Assembly (NCBI RefSeq): GCF_001465295.1
Contig: NZ_CP011034.1
Span: forward strand, 420,001-452,000
Direction: 5' to 3'
Origin: Pseudoalteromonas translucida KMM 520
Lineage (GTDB): Bacteria; Pseudomonadota; Gammaproteobacteria; Enterobacterales; Alteromonadaceae
DNA length: 32,000 bases
Part shown: piece by piece, positions 18,256 through 26,689 of the stretch
Position numbering within the stretch: position 1 is the first letter of the stretch
Layout of the letters: each line of letters starts with the position of its first letter
Made by a program: the position numbers and the translations under genes
The notes under the pieces: generated by a model
What the model was told of the DNA's origin: nothing
The model's database searches: none
What the model saw: only the letters and a program-made list of their open reading frames with translations

Positions 18256-18641
18256 TTGTTATCGTTTACTAATAACTACCACTTAGTATCGCTTGATATC
18301 TGCTTTTTAGTGTTTCTAAATGAACTAAATGCCTGTTCTGAAATCACGAAAGTGACAACATGGAATGTACATGATATTCAACCTATGCGTGAGTTAGCGA
18401 ACTGCCCGATGGATATTATTGGTGACAAAGGGGGAAATCTCATTACGATGGCTCACAAAAATATGAAGGCAAAAGTGATGTCATTATGGGCTAGAGTTAT
18501 CCTTTCAAGCGCTTTATAATCTAAACAATAAATGACCAACTCAAGAACATATCCTTCATTGAACATTCGAGACATCGTAGCATGAATAGCTTTATGTTGA
18601 ATTTAGTGGTCGGATTTGTGGCTTATTGTTTGAAAAAATAA
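18256..18641 (+). pseudogene. Decayed IS982-family transposase remnant (C-terminal half only, with internal deletion, frameshift and in-frame stop)
   Basis: Three frames together read ..TTWNVHDIQPMRELANCPMDIIGDKG.., ..HKNMKAKVMSL.. and [43 protein letters not shown]. This matches my recollection of the IS982 pattern NVhD, gDKGY, KKNMK, R.aIETvNd.LKN..q[12 protein letters not shown]..gL.AY. Confidence 0.65.
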
Positions 18642-18788
18642 GCCACACCTTAATTTAATTAACGTAGAGCTTAACGTATTGGTTATCGTTTAAGCAGACA
18701 TCTGGTTAATTAGCTTGAGGATAGCCTTGATTGAGCTGTTCCGATACTAGCAAAACGGTATAAATCACATAATCTATAAGGATTTAAT

Positions 18789-19814
18789 TTGTTTATTTCT
18801 GTTCAATATTTACGTGCGATAGCAGCGTTTATGGTTCTATTAACTCATTCTGCATTTAAACTCAAATCAAACGGCTCAACTTTGTTAGATTGGTATAATA
18901 TAGGAGGCTATGGTGTAGATCTCTTCTTCATTATTTCAGGCTTTATCATGTGTCTTACTATAGAAAAGAAAAGGGATAGCTTTATTTCATTTATGAAGAA
19001 AAGAATTGTAAGAATTATTCCCTTATACTGGGTGTTGACGTCAGTTGCGTTTGTAGTATTTTTATTATCTCCTTCTAGTGTCAACTCTTCAGGAGGTGAA
19101 ACTTCTATAATAGCTTCTTACTTCTTAATTCCAACTACCAGTAAATATTTAATAAATAATGGTTGGACTTTGAGCTTTGAATTTTATTTTTACTTAATAT
19201 TTTCATTATGCTTTGTTTTAGGGAGTTTTCAAAAGCAAGCAACTTCTTTTACTCTTGTACTTCTGGTCTTAATTGGGTCGCTTTATAGCTTTCAGACTCC
19301 TCTGCTAATTTTTTTGACAAGCCCTCTATTATTAGAGTTCGTACTAGGTATTATAGCTTTTAAGCTAATCAGAAATTACAAGCCGAGTATTCCTACCTGT
19401 ACCTTTTTTATACTTCTAGGGGTTGCAGGGCTTATACAGGCTAATAGTCTTTGGAGGTGGGATACCGCATTAGGTAGTAGTTTAAATGGTGGTTTACCTA
19501 TGTTTTTTATATTTATAGGGCTAGTTTTCATGGAAAGAAAAATAAAAATGAATAAATATCTTTATGAACTAGGTATGTCGTCGTATTCGCTGTATTTACT
19601 TCACCCATTCACTCTTGCCTTTGTTACTATTATTTTTAAAAAGCTAGAGCTAATTCATTATAACCTCATCTACCTTGCAACTATGCTGATAAGTAGTTTA
19701 ATTATGGGGTGGCTTTGTTACTACTACCTAGAAATGAAGTTGGATAAGCTGATTCGTAACAGAACTCAAAAAATTAAGATTAAATTAAATACAAAATTAA
19801 AGGACTATCTGTGA
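18789..19814 (+). CDS. Acyltransferase family 3 (polysaccharide O-acetyltransferase), integral membrane
   Basis: [15 protein letters not shown] and [13 protein letters not shown] motifs, about 10 TM segments, TTG start, and a 4-nt overlap with galU. Confidence 0.8.
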   Translation: MFISVQYLRAIAAFMVLLTHSAFKLKSNGSTLLDWYNIGGYGVDLFFIISGFIMCLTIEKKRDSFISFMKKRIVRIIPLYWVLTSVAFVVFLLSPSSVNSSGGETSIIASYFLIPTTSKYLINNGWTLSFEFYFYLIFSLCFVLGSFQKQATSFTLVLLVLIGSLYSFQTPLLIFLTSPLLLEFVLGIIAFKLIRNYKPSIPTCTFFILLGVAGLIQANSLWRWDTALGSSLNGGLPMFFIFIGLVFMERKIKMNKYLYELGMSSYSLYLLHPFTLAFVTIIFKKLELIHYNLIYLATMLISSLIMGWLCYYYLEMKLDKLIRNRTQKIKIKLNTKLKDYL

Positions 19815-20692
19815 AAGCTGTTATCCCTGTTGCCGGTTTAGGCACGCGTATGTTACCCATGACCAAAGCCATTCCTAAAGAAATGCTCCCGTTGGTTGAT
19901 AAGCCGCTTATTCAATACATAGTAAATGAGTGTGTTGCTGCTGGTATTAAAGAAATTGTATTAGTAACGCATAGCTCTAAAAATGCCATTGAAAACCATT
20001 TTGATACCAGCTTTGAACTAGAAGCTACATTAGAAAAACGCGTTAAGCGTGTTTTACTTGATGAAGTACGTTCTATTTGCCCACCCGATGTAACCATAAT
20101 GCATGTACGTCAAGGCGAAGCTAAAGGCTTAGGCCATGCTGTGCTGTGTGCAAAGCCTATTATTGGTGATGACGATTTTGTAGTGGTATTACCCGATGTA
20201 ATCCTCGATGCTTATACCGCAAATCAAAAAACTGAAAATTTAGCAGCAATGATTGCCCGCTTTGACCAAACGCAAGCCAGCCAAATTATGCTAGAGCCCG
20301 TAGCACTTGAAGACGTAAGTAAATACGGTATTGCCGACATTAGTGGTGTGCAGTTAAATCCGGGTGAAAGTGCTGCAATTAAAACCATGGTTGAAAAGCC
20401 TGCTGTGGACGTTGCACCATCAAACCTAGCAGTTGTTGGTCGTTATGTGTTAAGTAAAGATATTTGGCCGTTACTGGCTAAAACACCCGTTGGCGCGGGT
20501 GGCGAAATACAGCTAACTGATGCGATTGATGCGTTAATGGAAAGCGAAACGGTAGAAGCATTTCACATGAGCGGCCGTTCACATGACTGTGGCGATAAAC
20601 TCGGTTACTTAAAAGCCATTGTTGAATACAGCCTACGCCATGAAACGTTAGGTGAAGAATTTACAGAGCATTTAAAAGCGCTAGTAAATTAG
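19811..20692 (+). CDS. galU: UTP--glucose-1-phosphate uridylyltransferase
   Basis: [53 protein letters not shown] and VEKP signatures. 293 aa; GTG start. Confidence 0.92.
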   Translation: MKAVIPVAGLGTRMLPMTKAIPKEMLPLVDKPLIQYIVNECVAAGIKEIVLVTHSSKNAIENHFDTSFELEATLEKRVKRVLLDEVRSICPPDVTIMHVRQGEAKGLGHAVLCAKPIIGDDDFVVVLPDVILDAYTANQKTENLAAMIARFDQTQASQIMLEPVALEDVSKYGIADISGVQLNPGESAAIKTMVEKPAVDVAPSNLAVVGRYVLSKDIWPLLAKTPVGAGGEIQLTDAIDALMESETVEAFHMSGRSHDCGDKLGYLKAIVEYSLRHETLGEEFTEHLKALVN

Positions 20693-20863
20693 TTTTTACA
20701 TAGCCCATATTATTTTATTTTTAAGTAAAATAATCAGCGTATTCAGTAAGCCGTTTTACTGTAAATATCATACCAGTTAGCTATACAGCCGACTGATATG
20801 ATATTTAATTTATTACCAAAACTTAACCTGCAAGGGTAAACACCCGTTTACCATCGGTAGTTG

Positions 20864-21734
20864 TTACTGCGTTGGAACAGCAAAAACCTCAGACTCATCG
20901 TTATCTAAATCAATAAACGCAATAGGCTGGTCACTCTGTATTGTGTTGGCGTAATTTTTAATAAACGGCACAACATATAACTGATTAAACCTATCGTCAC
21001 ACATAAACTCAGTAGGGTTTGTGCTTGTCAGCTTATACTCTTCTGTAATACTGTGCTGTAATAATAGCGGATTGTTTTCAGGCTTTTTAAGCCCACATTC
21101 TAATTGGCCTAATGCGCTATTCCCCCAGTTGCCGCTAAACGGTATAGGCGCTGAAACAAGCTCAATGTTCACATCGTTAGCAATAATGTTATGCTTGCGA
21201 CAATAATCGAGCTGACGGTTTATTACAGACTGCGTTAATTCATTTATCGTATACGTTTGTGTGTCGGCCCAATCAAAACGACTTATCCCAAACTTATAAA
21301 TAATCTCTCTCGTATTCGCAGTTGCAACAACGCCGCTCCATACATAAAAAATAATATGCGTGTGCGTAAACGGGCTATATGCATCCTCGCTTTTTCGCTG
21401 TTTTTCACATATCGGCAGTAACAGCGTAGGCTGCTCAACTCCCGGGTAATTTGAAAAATTCCTTACATAGTCAGTTTCCCCATTTGTGTATGTAATGCGA
21501 GTATGAATACGTTGCTTGCCTGTACTTTCTTTTTCACCACGTTCTACCTGTACTGACTTTATCGAGAGAGCTTTTAGCTTATTTGAAATTCGGTATAAAT
21601 CGTTAATAATTTTTATATCATTGCATACCATTTCACATACCCTGGCACCGTTTCGTCTTTGTCGTAATGCAGACAGCGTTGTGCGTGCTATGAAGTAATT
21701 GGCAATAACAATATCAATGATGTACTTATCTTTT
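20864..21734 (-). pseudogene. C-terminal fragment of a 551-aa protein of unknown function, split by IS66 (the six-frame ORF 20864..21763 borrows its start from inside the IS)
   Basis: Joins in frame to 24140..24932 once the IS and one TSD copy are removed (..NNFKQKD|KYIIDIVIANY..). 793 + 863 nt = 552 codons. Confidence 0.8.
21727..21734. repeat. Left copy of the 8-bp target-site duplication TATCTTTT of the IS66-family element
   Basis: An identical octamer lies at 24140-24147, directly outside the terminal repeats. Confidence 0.9.
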
Positions 21735-21814
21735 GTGAGCGTCCGGCAAATTGCGTCTGACAAATTAATCTCAACTTAAGTAAGTTACAACCAAACAATT
21801 ATTTGGAGTAACTT

Positions 21815-22114
21815 ATGAGAATTATGCGCAGCCCAGAGCAATGGCAAACCATCATCCATGAACAACAATCAAGTGGTTTAACCATCATTGATTATTGCCG
21901 GCAACATCAATTATCAATGACTAGCTTTTATGCGGTAAGAAAGAAACTCGGCCTATCATCGAATAATTTCGTTCGCGCCAAAATTACACAGCAAGTCGAA
22001 ATAGTTGATGAACAACCATCCATCACGTTAACTGTTGGCAAGGCAAACGTTAGTTTGCCAGCCACAACCTCTGCAACGTATTTAAGCCAGTTACTACGCG
22101 AGTTTGTTCAATGA
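21815..22114 (+). CDS. tnpA: IS66-family accessory protein TnpA (small HTH protein)
   Basis: 99 aa, the first ORF of the element. ATGA overlap with tnpB. Confidence 0.8.
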   Translation: MRIMRSPEQWQTIIHEQQSSGLTIIDYCRQHQLSMTSFYAVRKKLGLSSNNFVRAKITQQVEIVDEQPSITLTVGKANVSLPATTSATYLSQLLREFVQ

Positions 22115-22458
22115 AAATGTTTGTTGAGCCGTCAGAGGTTTTTCTGCATCGGGATTTTGTCGACTTTCGAAAAAGTATTAATGGCTTAGTGAGTATTGTT
22201 GAAGATGAGCTTGTTCGCGATGCCTATACCGGTACGTTGTTTGTATTTTGTAACAAGGCCAAAGATAAGCTGAAAATTCTATACTGGGATAAAACAGGGT
22301 TCGCGCTTTGGTATAAACGACTTGAAAAGCAAAAATTCAAATGGCCAAGTAAACTATCGAGCCAGGAATTTGAATTAACCTATCAACAACTGGATTGGTT
22401 GTTATCTGGATATGACGTGCTTGGCCATGAACCGCTGCACTATCAGTCACCGATCTAA
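22111..22458 (+). CDS. tnpB: IS66-family accessory protein TnpB (IS66 Orf2-like)
   Basis: 115 aa with the VDFRKSINGL..LFVFCNKAKDKLKILYWDKTGFALWYKRLEKQKF pattern typical of IS66 Orf2. Confidence 0.88.
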   Translation: MKMFVEPSEVFLHRDFVDFRKSINGLVSIVEDELVRDAYTGTLFVFCNKAKDKLKILYWDKTGFALWYKRLEKQKFKWPSKLSSQEFELTYQQLDWLLSGYDVLGHEPLHYQSPI

Positions 22459-22554
22459 CTAGATCTTTTATCAGTCAACGATCGTGTACGCAAGTCCTTA
22501 TTCTATTTGCGTTACAAAGCAGAATCATCTGTCTGTTCTTGCTAAACTCGATGG

Positions 22555-24117
22555 ATGAAAATTGATACTAACTCACTCCCTGACGACCCAGAACAACTCA
22601 AGCAAATGTTGCTTGAGTTGCAGGCTGAAACTACCCAAGAGTTAGCGAAAAAAGATAAAATCATCAGTGAACAAGCCATTCAAATTAATCAGTTTATTGA
22701 ACGCTATGAAATTGCCAAGCGTAAACAGTTTGGTAAAAGCTCCGAGCAACTCCCGGGGGCGGGGGAAACCTTCAATGAAGCGGAAGAAATCATTGATGAG
22801 GCCGATAAAACGTTATTAGCTGCGGCTGATAGTCACAGTAAGGTCACAATTAAAAACAAACCGACGCGCAAGCCACTGCCAAAAGAATTACCTCGAAAAG
22901 TGGTGACAATTGATTTGTCCATTGATGAAAAAGTGTGTGATTGTTGCCAAGGTAAGCTGCATAAAATTGGTGAAGCTCGTAGTGAAAAACTTGAGTTTGT
23001 TCCTGCGTACATCAAAGTGATAGAGACAGTTCGACCGAAATATGCCTGTAAAAGGTGTGAGCAAACTGGCACAGAAAATTCTATAAAAGTTGCACCTGTT
23101 CCAGCAACCCCCATTCCTAAAGGCATTGCCACCAGTAGTTTGCTGAGTCAAATCATCAGCGCCAAATATCAATATGGGTTGCCGCTATATAGGCAAGAAA
23201 AAATGTTCAATGAGTATGGTATTGAGCTGAGTCGTAAAACCATGTCAGATTGGATAATACGGTGTAGTGAATTACTGATGCCATTAGTTAACGAGCTAAA
23301 AGCAGCATTGCTTAGTCAAGCGGTGCTCCATGCCGACGAAACGCCCTTAAAGGTGATTAAGGCCGATAATAGCAGCAGTTACATGTGGGTGTATTGTTGT
23401 GGTAGCGATTCGGTGGCCGCCAATAGTTTGCCAAATATTATCCTCTATGATTATCACAACTCTCGTGCCGCAGCTTGTGTAGTTGATTACCTTGGTGACT
23501 ATGACGGTTACCTGCAAGTCGATGGTTATGCAGCGTACGGAAAAACAGATGCAATATTGGCAGGTTGTATGGCGCATGCACGTCGAAAATTCATTGATGC
23601 GAAAACGGTGCAAACGAAAAACAAAACCGGCAAAGCCGATGTTGCCTTAAGTCTTATTAGAAAACTCTACGGCATTGAGGCAAGCTTAAAAGACAAAACG
23701 GCCGCAGAAACGTATCAAGCACGGCAGGAAAGTTCAAAACCCATCATCGATAAACTTCACCATTGGATTATCGAAAATAAAGATAAAGTGCCACCGAAAA
23801 GTAAACTTGGTGAAGCGATTACGTATTGGTGTAACCAAGAACATAAGCTCATCACCTATTTAAAAGATGGTCGCATAAATATAGATAACAATCGCGCTGA
23901 GCGGGCTGTGAAACCGTTTGTGATTGGCAGAAAAAACTGGTTATTCTCCAATACCGCGCGGGGTGCAACGGCTAGCGCCGTGCTCTATAGTATTATTGAA
24001 ACCGCGAAAGCGAACGGACTGTTGGTCGACAACTATTTGCAAACCTGCCTAGATGAGCTTGCTAAAAAGCCTGAAAGTGTAGAGCACTTGCTACCTTGGA
24101 ATGTTAATCAAGGCTAG
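22555..24117 (+). CDS. tnpC: IS66-family DDE transposase TnpC
   Basis: 520 aa. N-terminal leucine-zipper region, zinc finger CDCCQGKLHKIG..YACKRCEQ, DDE core (HADETPLKV, LQVDGYAAY, NNRAERAVKPFVIGRKNWLF). Confidence 0.92.
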   Translation: MKIDTNSLPDDPEQLKQMLLELQAETTQELAKKDKIISEQAIQINQFIERYEIAKRKQFGKSSEQLPGAGETFNEAEEIIDEADKTLLAAADSHSKVTIKNKPTRKPLPKELPRKVVTIDLSIDEKVCDCCQGKLHKIGEARSEKLEFVPAYIKVIETVRPKYACKRCEQTGTENSIKVAPVPATPIPKGIATSSLLSQIISAKYQYGLPLYRQEKMFNEYGIELSRKTMSDWIIRCSELLMPLVNELKAALLSQAVLHADETPLKVIKADNSSSYMWVYCCGSDSVAANSLPNIILYDYHNSRAAACVVDYLGDYDGYLQVDGYAAYGKTDAILAGCMAHARRKFIDAKTVQTKNKTGKADVALSLIRKLYGIEASLKDKTAAETYQARQESSKPIIDKLHHWIIENKDKVPPKSKLGEAITYWCNQEHKLITYLKDGRINIDNNRAERAVKPFVIGRKNWLFSNTARGATASAVLYSIIETAKANGLLVDNYLQTCLDELAKKPESVEHLLPWNVNQG

Positions 24118-24139
24118 ACGCATTTGCTCAGACGCTTAC

Positions 24140-24147
24140 TATCTTTT
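24140..24147. repeat. Right copy of the 8-bp target-site duplication TATCTTTT
   Basis: Identical to 21727-21734. Confidence 0.9.
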
Positions 24148-24932
24148 TGTTTAAAGTTATTTTTTAAGTCGGGACGTTGATGCTCTGGAAAATAAGCTGA
24201 TGTGTATACTTTTATGTCGGTGACACTCGCTGCGTCACTAAATCGTTGAAGCTCTTGGTACACACTTGCTTTAAATGTCTCTACTTTTTCTGGTGTGTTC
24301 ATGTCTTCAAGGTCATAAGACACCGCCTGTATACTTTTAGCATAATAGAGTAATTTACTGCGCGTCTCGGTTATACGCTTTTCAACTTTATTTCTTGCCT
24401 CTAAAAATTCAGCGCTCAGGGTATAGCGATAGTCGCGCTTTGAGTAAATGTAATTAACCTCAACATTTAACGATAATAAGTTTTTGTCAGTGGCTCTTCT
24501 ATCGGTGAGTATGTTATCCAACTCGCGTTGTAACTCTGTTTTAATTTGTTTTGCACCGAGTGTTTTTTGCTTTTTAAAGGCACACGCGCATAAAGTGACC
24601 TTGCATTCTTTAGAAATATACTGAGATAAATAGCTCAACATGCGCCGACGCGGCTTTGATGGCTTTGTGGTATACCCTAAAAATTGTGTAATGTGTTTTT
24701 GACACGCCCGCTTATGGCTAGAGGCAGAGTAAGGAATGGTGCTTTCGTACTGTTTAAACAAACCAATAATAGGTTGAAATATCATTTTGTTAGTAAATTC
24801 ATCATACCATTGGCTTTTGTTGAGCTGCTTTAATGGCATACTCATGAGCTTATCGAACGCATCTTGAGCCACTTCTAGCTCTTCAGGTAATGGGTATGGC
24901 ATTGTATTGTTTGTGCATTGTTTGCAAATCAT
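24140..24932 (-). pseudogene. N-terminal fragment of the 551-aa unknown protein split by IS66 (the six-frame ORF 24114..24932 reads into the IS end)
   Basis: See 20864..21734. The Cys-rich N-terminus is MICKQCTNN. I recognise no family. Confidence 0.8.
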
Positions 24933-25063
24933 AAATAACCTCTTTTTAGGTTAGCATTAAATTAAATGCGCATAGGCGCGATATAAGTATTAAATGTTAT
25001 AGGTGTGGCATGCGCTTGTTTGGCGTTAACCAACTAAACGCATAGCCATTAAATGTGTGTGCT

Positions 25064-26230
25064 TTATGCAATCCCGCGTTCAATCATCATTTCATTAAAT
25101 GCAAAACCATCCTGCCGTGAGGCATTAGCAACATACGGCGCGTACACGTCAAATAATAAACGCGTGTCGCTGTGGCCTAACATGTGCGAAATGTACAGTG
25201 GGTTTTCATGCGCAGCGATATGCAGAACGGCTGCGGTGTGGCGTGTTTCGTAAGGGCGGCGGCGTGCAAGCCCCGCTTTTTGGAGTATGGGATACCAAAG
25301 CTGCTTACTTATAAAGTGGGTATCCAGCGGTTTATTTTTATGCGTAAATACAAATTCACTGTTTGCTTGTTCTTGTAAGCGCTTAAACAATGTAAATAAT
25401 GTATCGCACATTTTTAAGTCGCGGCGCGACTTAGGTGTTTTTACATCACCCAACTCACCATTAACCCAATTGTGTCGAATACGAATGAGCCGATGATTAA
25501 AGTCGATATCTTCCCAGCGAAGACCATGTATTTCACAGCTTCGCATACCAGTCCAAAAACGCACTGTAAAATAATCGCGCCACTCATCGGATGTGCATTC
25601 TAAAAAGCGTTGTACTTCATCGGCAATAAGTGGCAATGAGTTAGCGCGTTCTTCTTTTAGGGTTTTATAGCGGCGTAATGGGTAGGGAAAGCTGTGCTCT
25701 TCTGCGGCTAAACTTAGTATGGCAACAAACGGCCAAAGAATGCCATTAATACGCTTATTAGAAAGCTTACGGGCCCCTTTGGTATCGCAAACCATTAAGC
25801 TTTCTCGAAAATAATCCACATTAGCCAGCTTGATCTCGTTTACTAATATATTGCCAAATTCAGGGATGAGGTAACGGTCGAGCGTATTACGTACCACGCT
25901 TTGATAACTGCTTTTCCATTTTGCTTTTTGACGATCGAACCATTCATTCGCGTAATCGTTAAAGAATGGATAAAGACGATCGGGGTGTTTTTCGCGTTGT
26001 AGCGCCTCAAACTTAGCGACTTTTTTACTTTCAGGAAAATAATCACGATACTGAAACGTATCTAAGTCAATTTCAGCATTAATTTTTTTAAGTGTTGCGT
26101 TGGCTTTTTTAAGGTTTACAGGGGTCGCCATGAGCTTAGTGCCTTCACGAAAGCGCTGCCCATAAATGTGTAAGTCAAATTGGATACGCCCATTGGGGCG
26201 AATGCGAATGTGAGCCATAATGGCCTCCAT
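25064..26230 (-). CDS. int: Tyrosine-type site-specific integrase with N-terminal arm-binding (DUF3596-like) domain. The true start is probably the ATG at 26218.
   Basis: AHIRIRPNGRIQFDLHIYGQRFREGT arm-domain pattern. Catalytic residues: R in FWTGMRSCEI, K in KTPKSRRDL, R-H in YETRHTAA, and H plus Y in MLGHSDTRLLFDVYAPY. GGAGG lies 5 nt upstream of the ATG at 26218. Confidence 0.9.
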   Translation of the reverse strand: MEAIMAHIRIRPNGRIQFDLHIYGQRFREGTKLMATPVNLKKANATLKKINAEIDLDTFQYRDYFPESKKVAKFEALQREKHPDRLYPFFNDYANEWFDRQKAKWKSSYQSVVRNTLDRYLIPEFGNILVNEIKLANVDYFRESLMVCDTKGARKLSNKRINGILWPFVAILSLAAEEHSFPYPLRRYKTLKEERANSLPLIADEVQRFLECTSDEWRDYFTVRFWTGMRSCEIHGLRWEDIDFNHRLIRIRHNWVNGELGDVKTPKSRRDLKMCDTLFTLFKRLQEQANSEFVFTHKNKPLDTHFISKQLWYPILQKAGLARRRPYETRHTAAVLHIAAHENPLYISHMLGHSDTRLLFDVYAPYVANASRQDGFAFNEMMIERGIA

Positions 26231-26237
26231 CAGTTAA

Positions 26238-26358
26238 TGGATCTATAAATAGATCTATCCCTCACCGATGGAATTCGTTAGAATTGGATCATCGGCTGGG
26301 TCGCGTTTAAACATGGTGCAGCCGGTACGGGGTAGGGAGGTTGCCGCCTCTTTACCCC
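26238..26358. other. GC-rich, hairpin-dense non-coding segment immediately upstream of int (candidate att/regulatory site or structured RNA)
   Basis: Palindrome GATCTA-TAAA-TAGATC at 26240-26255. Hairpin CCGATG..CATCGG at 26265-26295, enclosing the direct repeat GAATT-N5-GAATT. A 30-nt hairpin GGGGTAGGGAGG-TTGCCG-CCTCTTTACCCC at 26329-26358. Confidence 0.4.
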
Positions 26359-26689
26359 AACTGCTTATAAGATACTAACTCGCAATAATACGTAATCAAT
26401 CTGAAGTATTAAACCTGACGCTAACAGCGTTAAAAATTTCTGATTTAGAACCACTAAATAACGAAATTTTTGCCTTGTTTTCGACCCGGTTTTCTTGCTT
26501 CAAAATAGCTTACTTAATTAAGCGACTTGGTATTATTCCCAATCGTGCTATGCCGTAATGCTTTTACGCTTTAGGCATTAAATTCACAATTGTTCAAAAT
26601 TTCACTATTTAATATAGCAAGTGCTGTCTATTTGTCCAGTGTTTTGTTGTTTTTAATATTCCTCCTTTTTACCCTCTACCCACTCGGGA

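Larger units (their letters stand above)
21735..24139 (+). mobile_element. Complete IS66-family insertion sequence (2405 bp) with tnpA, tnpB and tnpC
   Basis: Imperfect ~27-bp terminal inverted repeats GTGAGCGTCCGGCAAATTGCGTCTGAC (left) and GTAAGCGTCTGAGCAAATGCGTCTAGC (right, reverse complement). These show the canonical GTAAGCG-type ends, an 8-bp TSD and the three-ORF layout. Confidence 0.92.

Noticed and set aside
18256-18519. 87-aa plus-strand ORF as a genuine small protein gene
   Set aside because: Its sequence (NVHDIQPMREL..IIGDKG..HKNMKAK) is the middle of a degraded IS982-type transposase. The gene continues in other frames and has no plausible RBS.
21300-21420. HUH rolling-circle Rep motif (PFTHTHIIFYV) with a nearby YK in the 551-aa protein
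   Set aside because: The candidate Tyr (IIYKFG) lies only about 20 residues after the His pair, which is much closer than in HUH endonucleases. The middle residue is Thr, and I saw no motif 1. A weak GIY-YIG/T5orf172 resemblance seems at least as plausible, so I left the protein as unknown.
22833-23613. Minus-strand ORFs 22833..23132, 22888..23172 and 23347..23613 inside IS66 tnpC
   Set aside because: They are antisense to a full-length, motif-rich transposase, and IS66 elements are not known to carry antisense genes there.
25053-25496. Small plus-strand ORFs (25053..25253, 25184..25378, 25287..25496), and 25843..26046 on the minus strand, overlapping int
   Set aside because: They are shadow or alternative-frame ORFs within the integrase CDS and match no recognisable family.
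26231-26400. tRNA, tmRNA or tRNA-fragment attachment site next to the integrase
   Set aside because: I found no cloverleaf, no GGTTCGAATCC-type T-arm and no CCA-proximal acceptor pairing on either strand. The only repeat shared with the galU-side border was an 8-mer (CCATCGGT), which is too short to call att.
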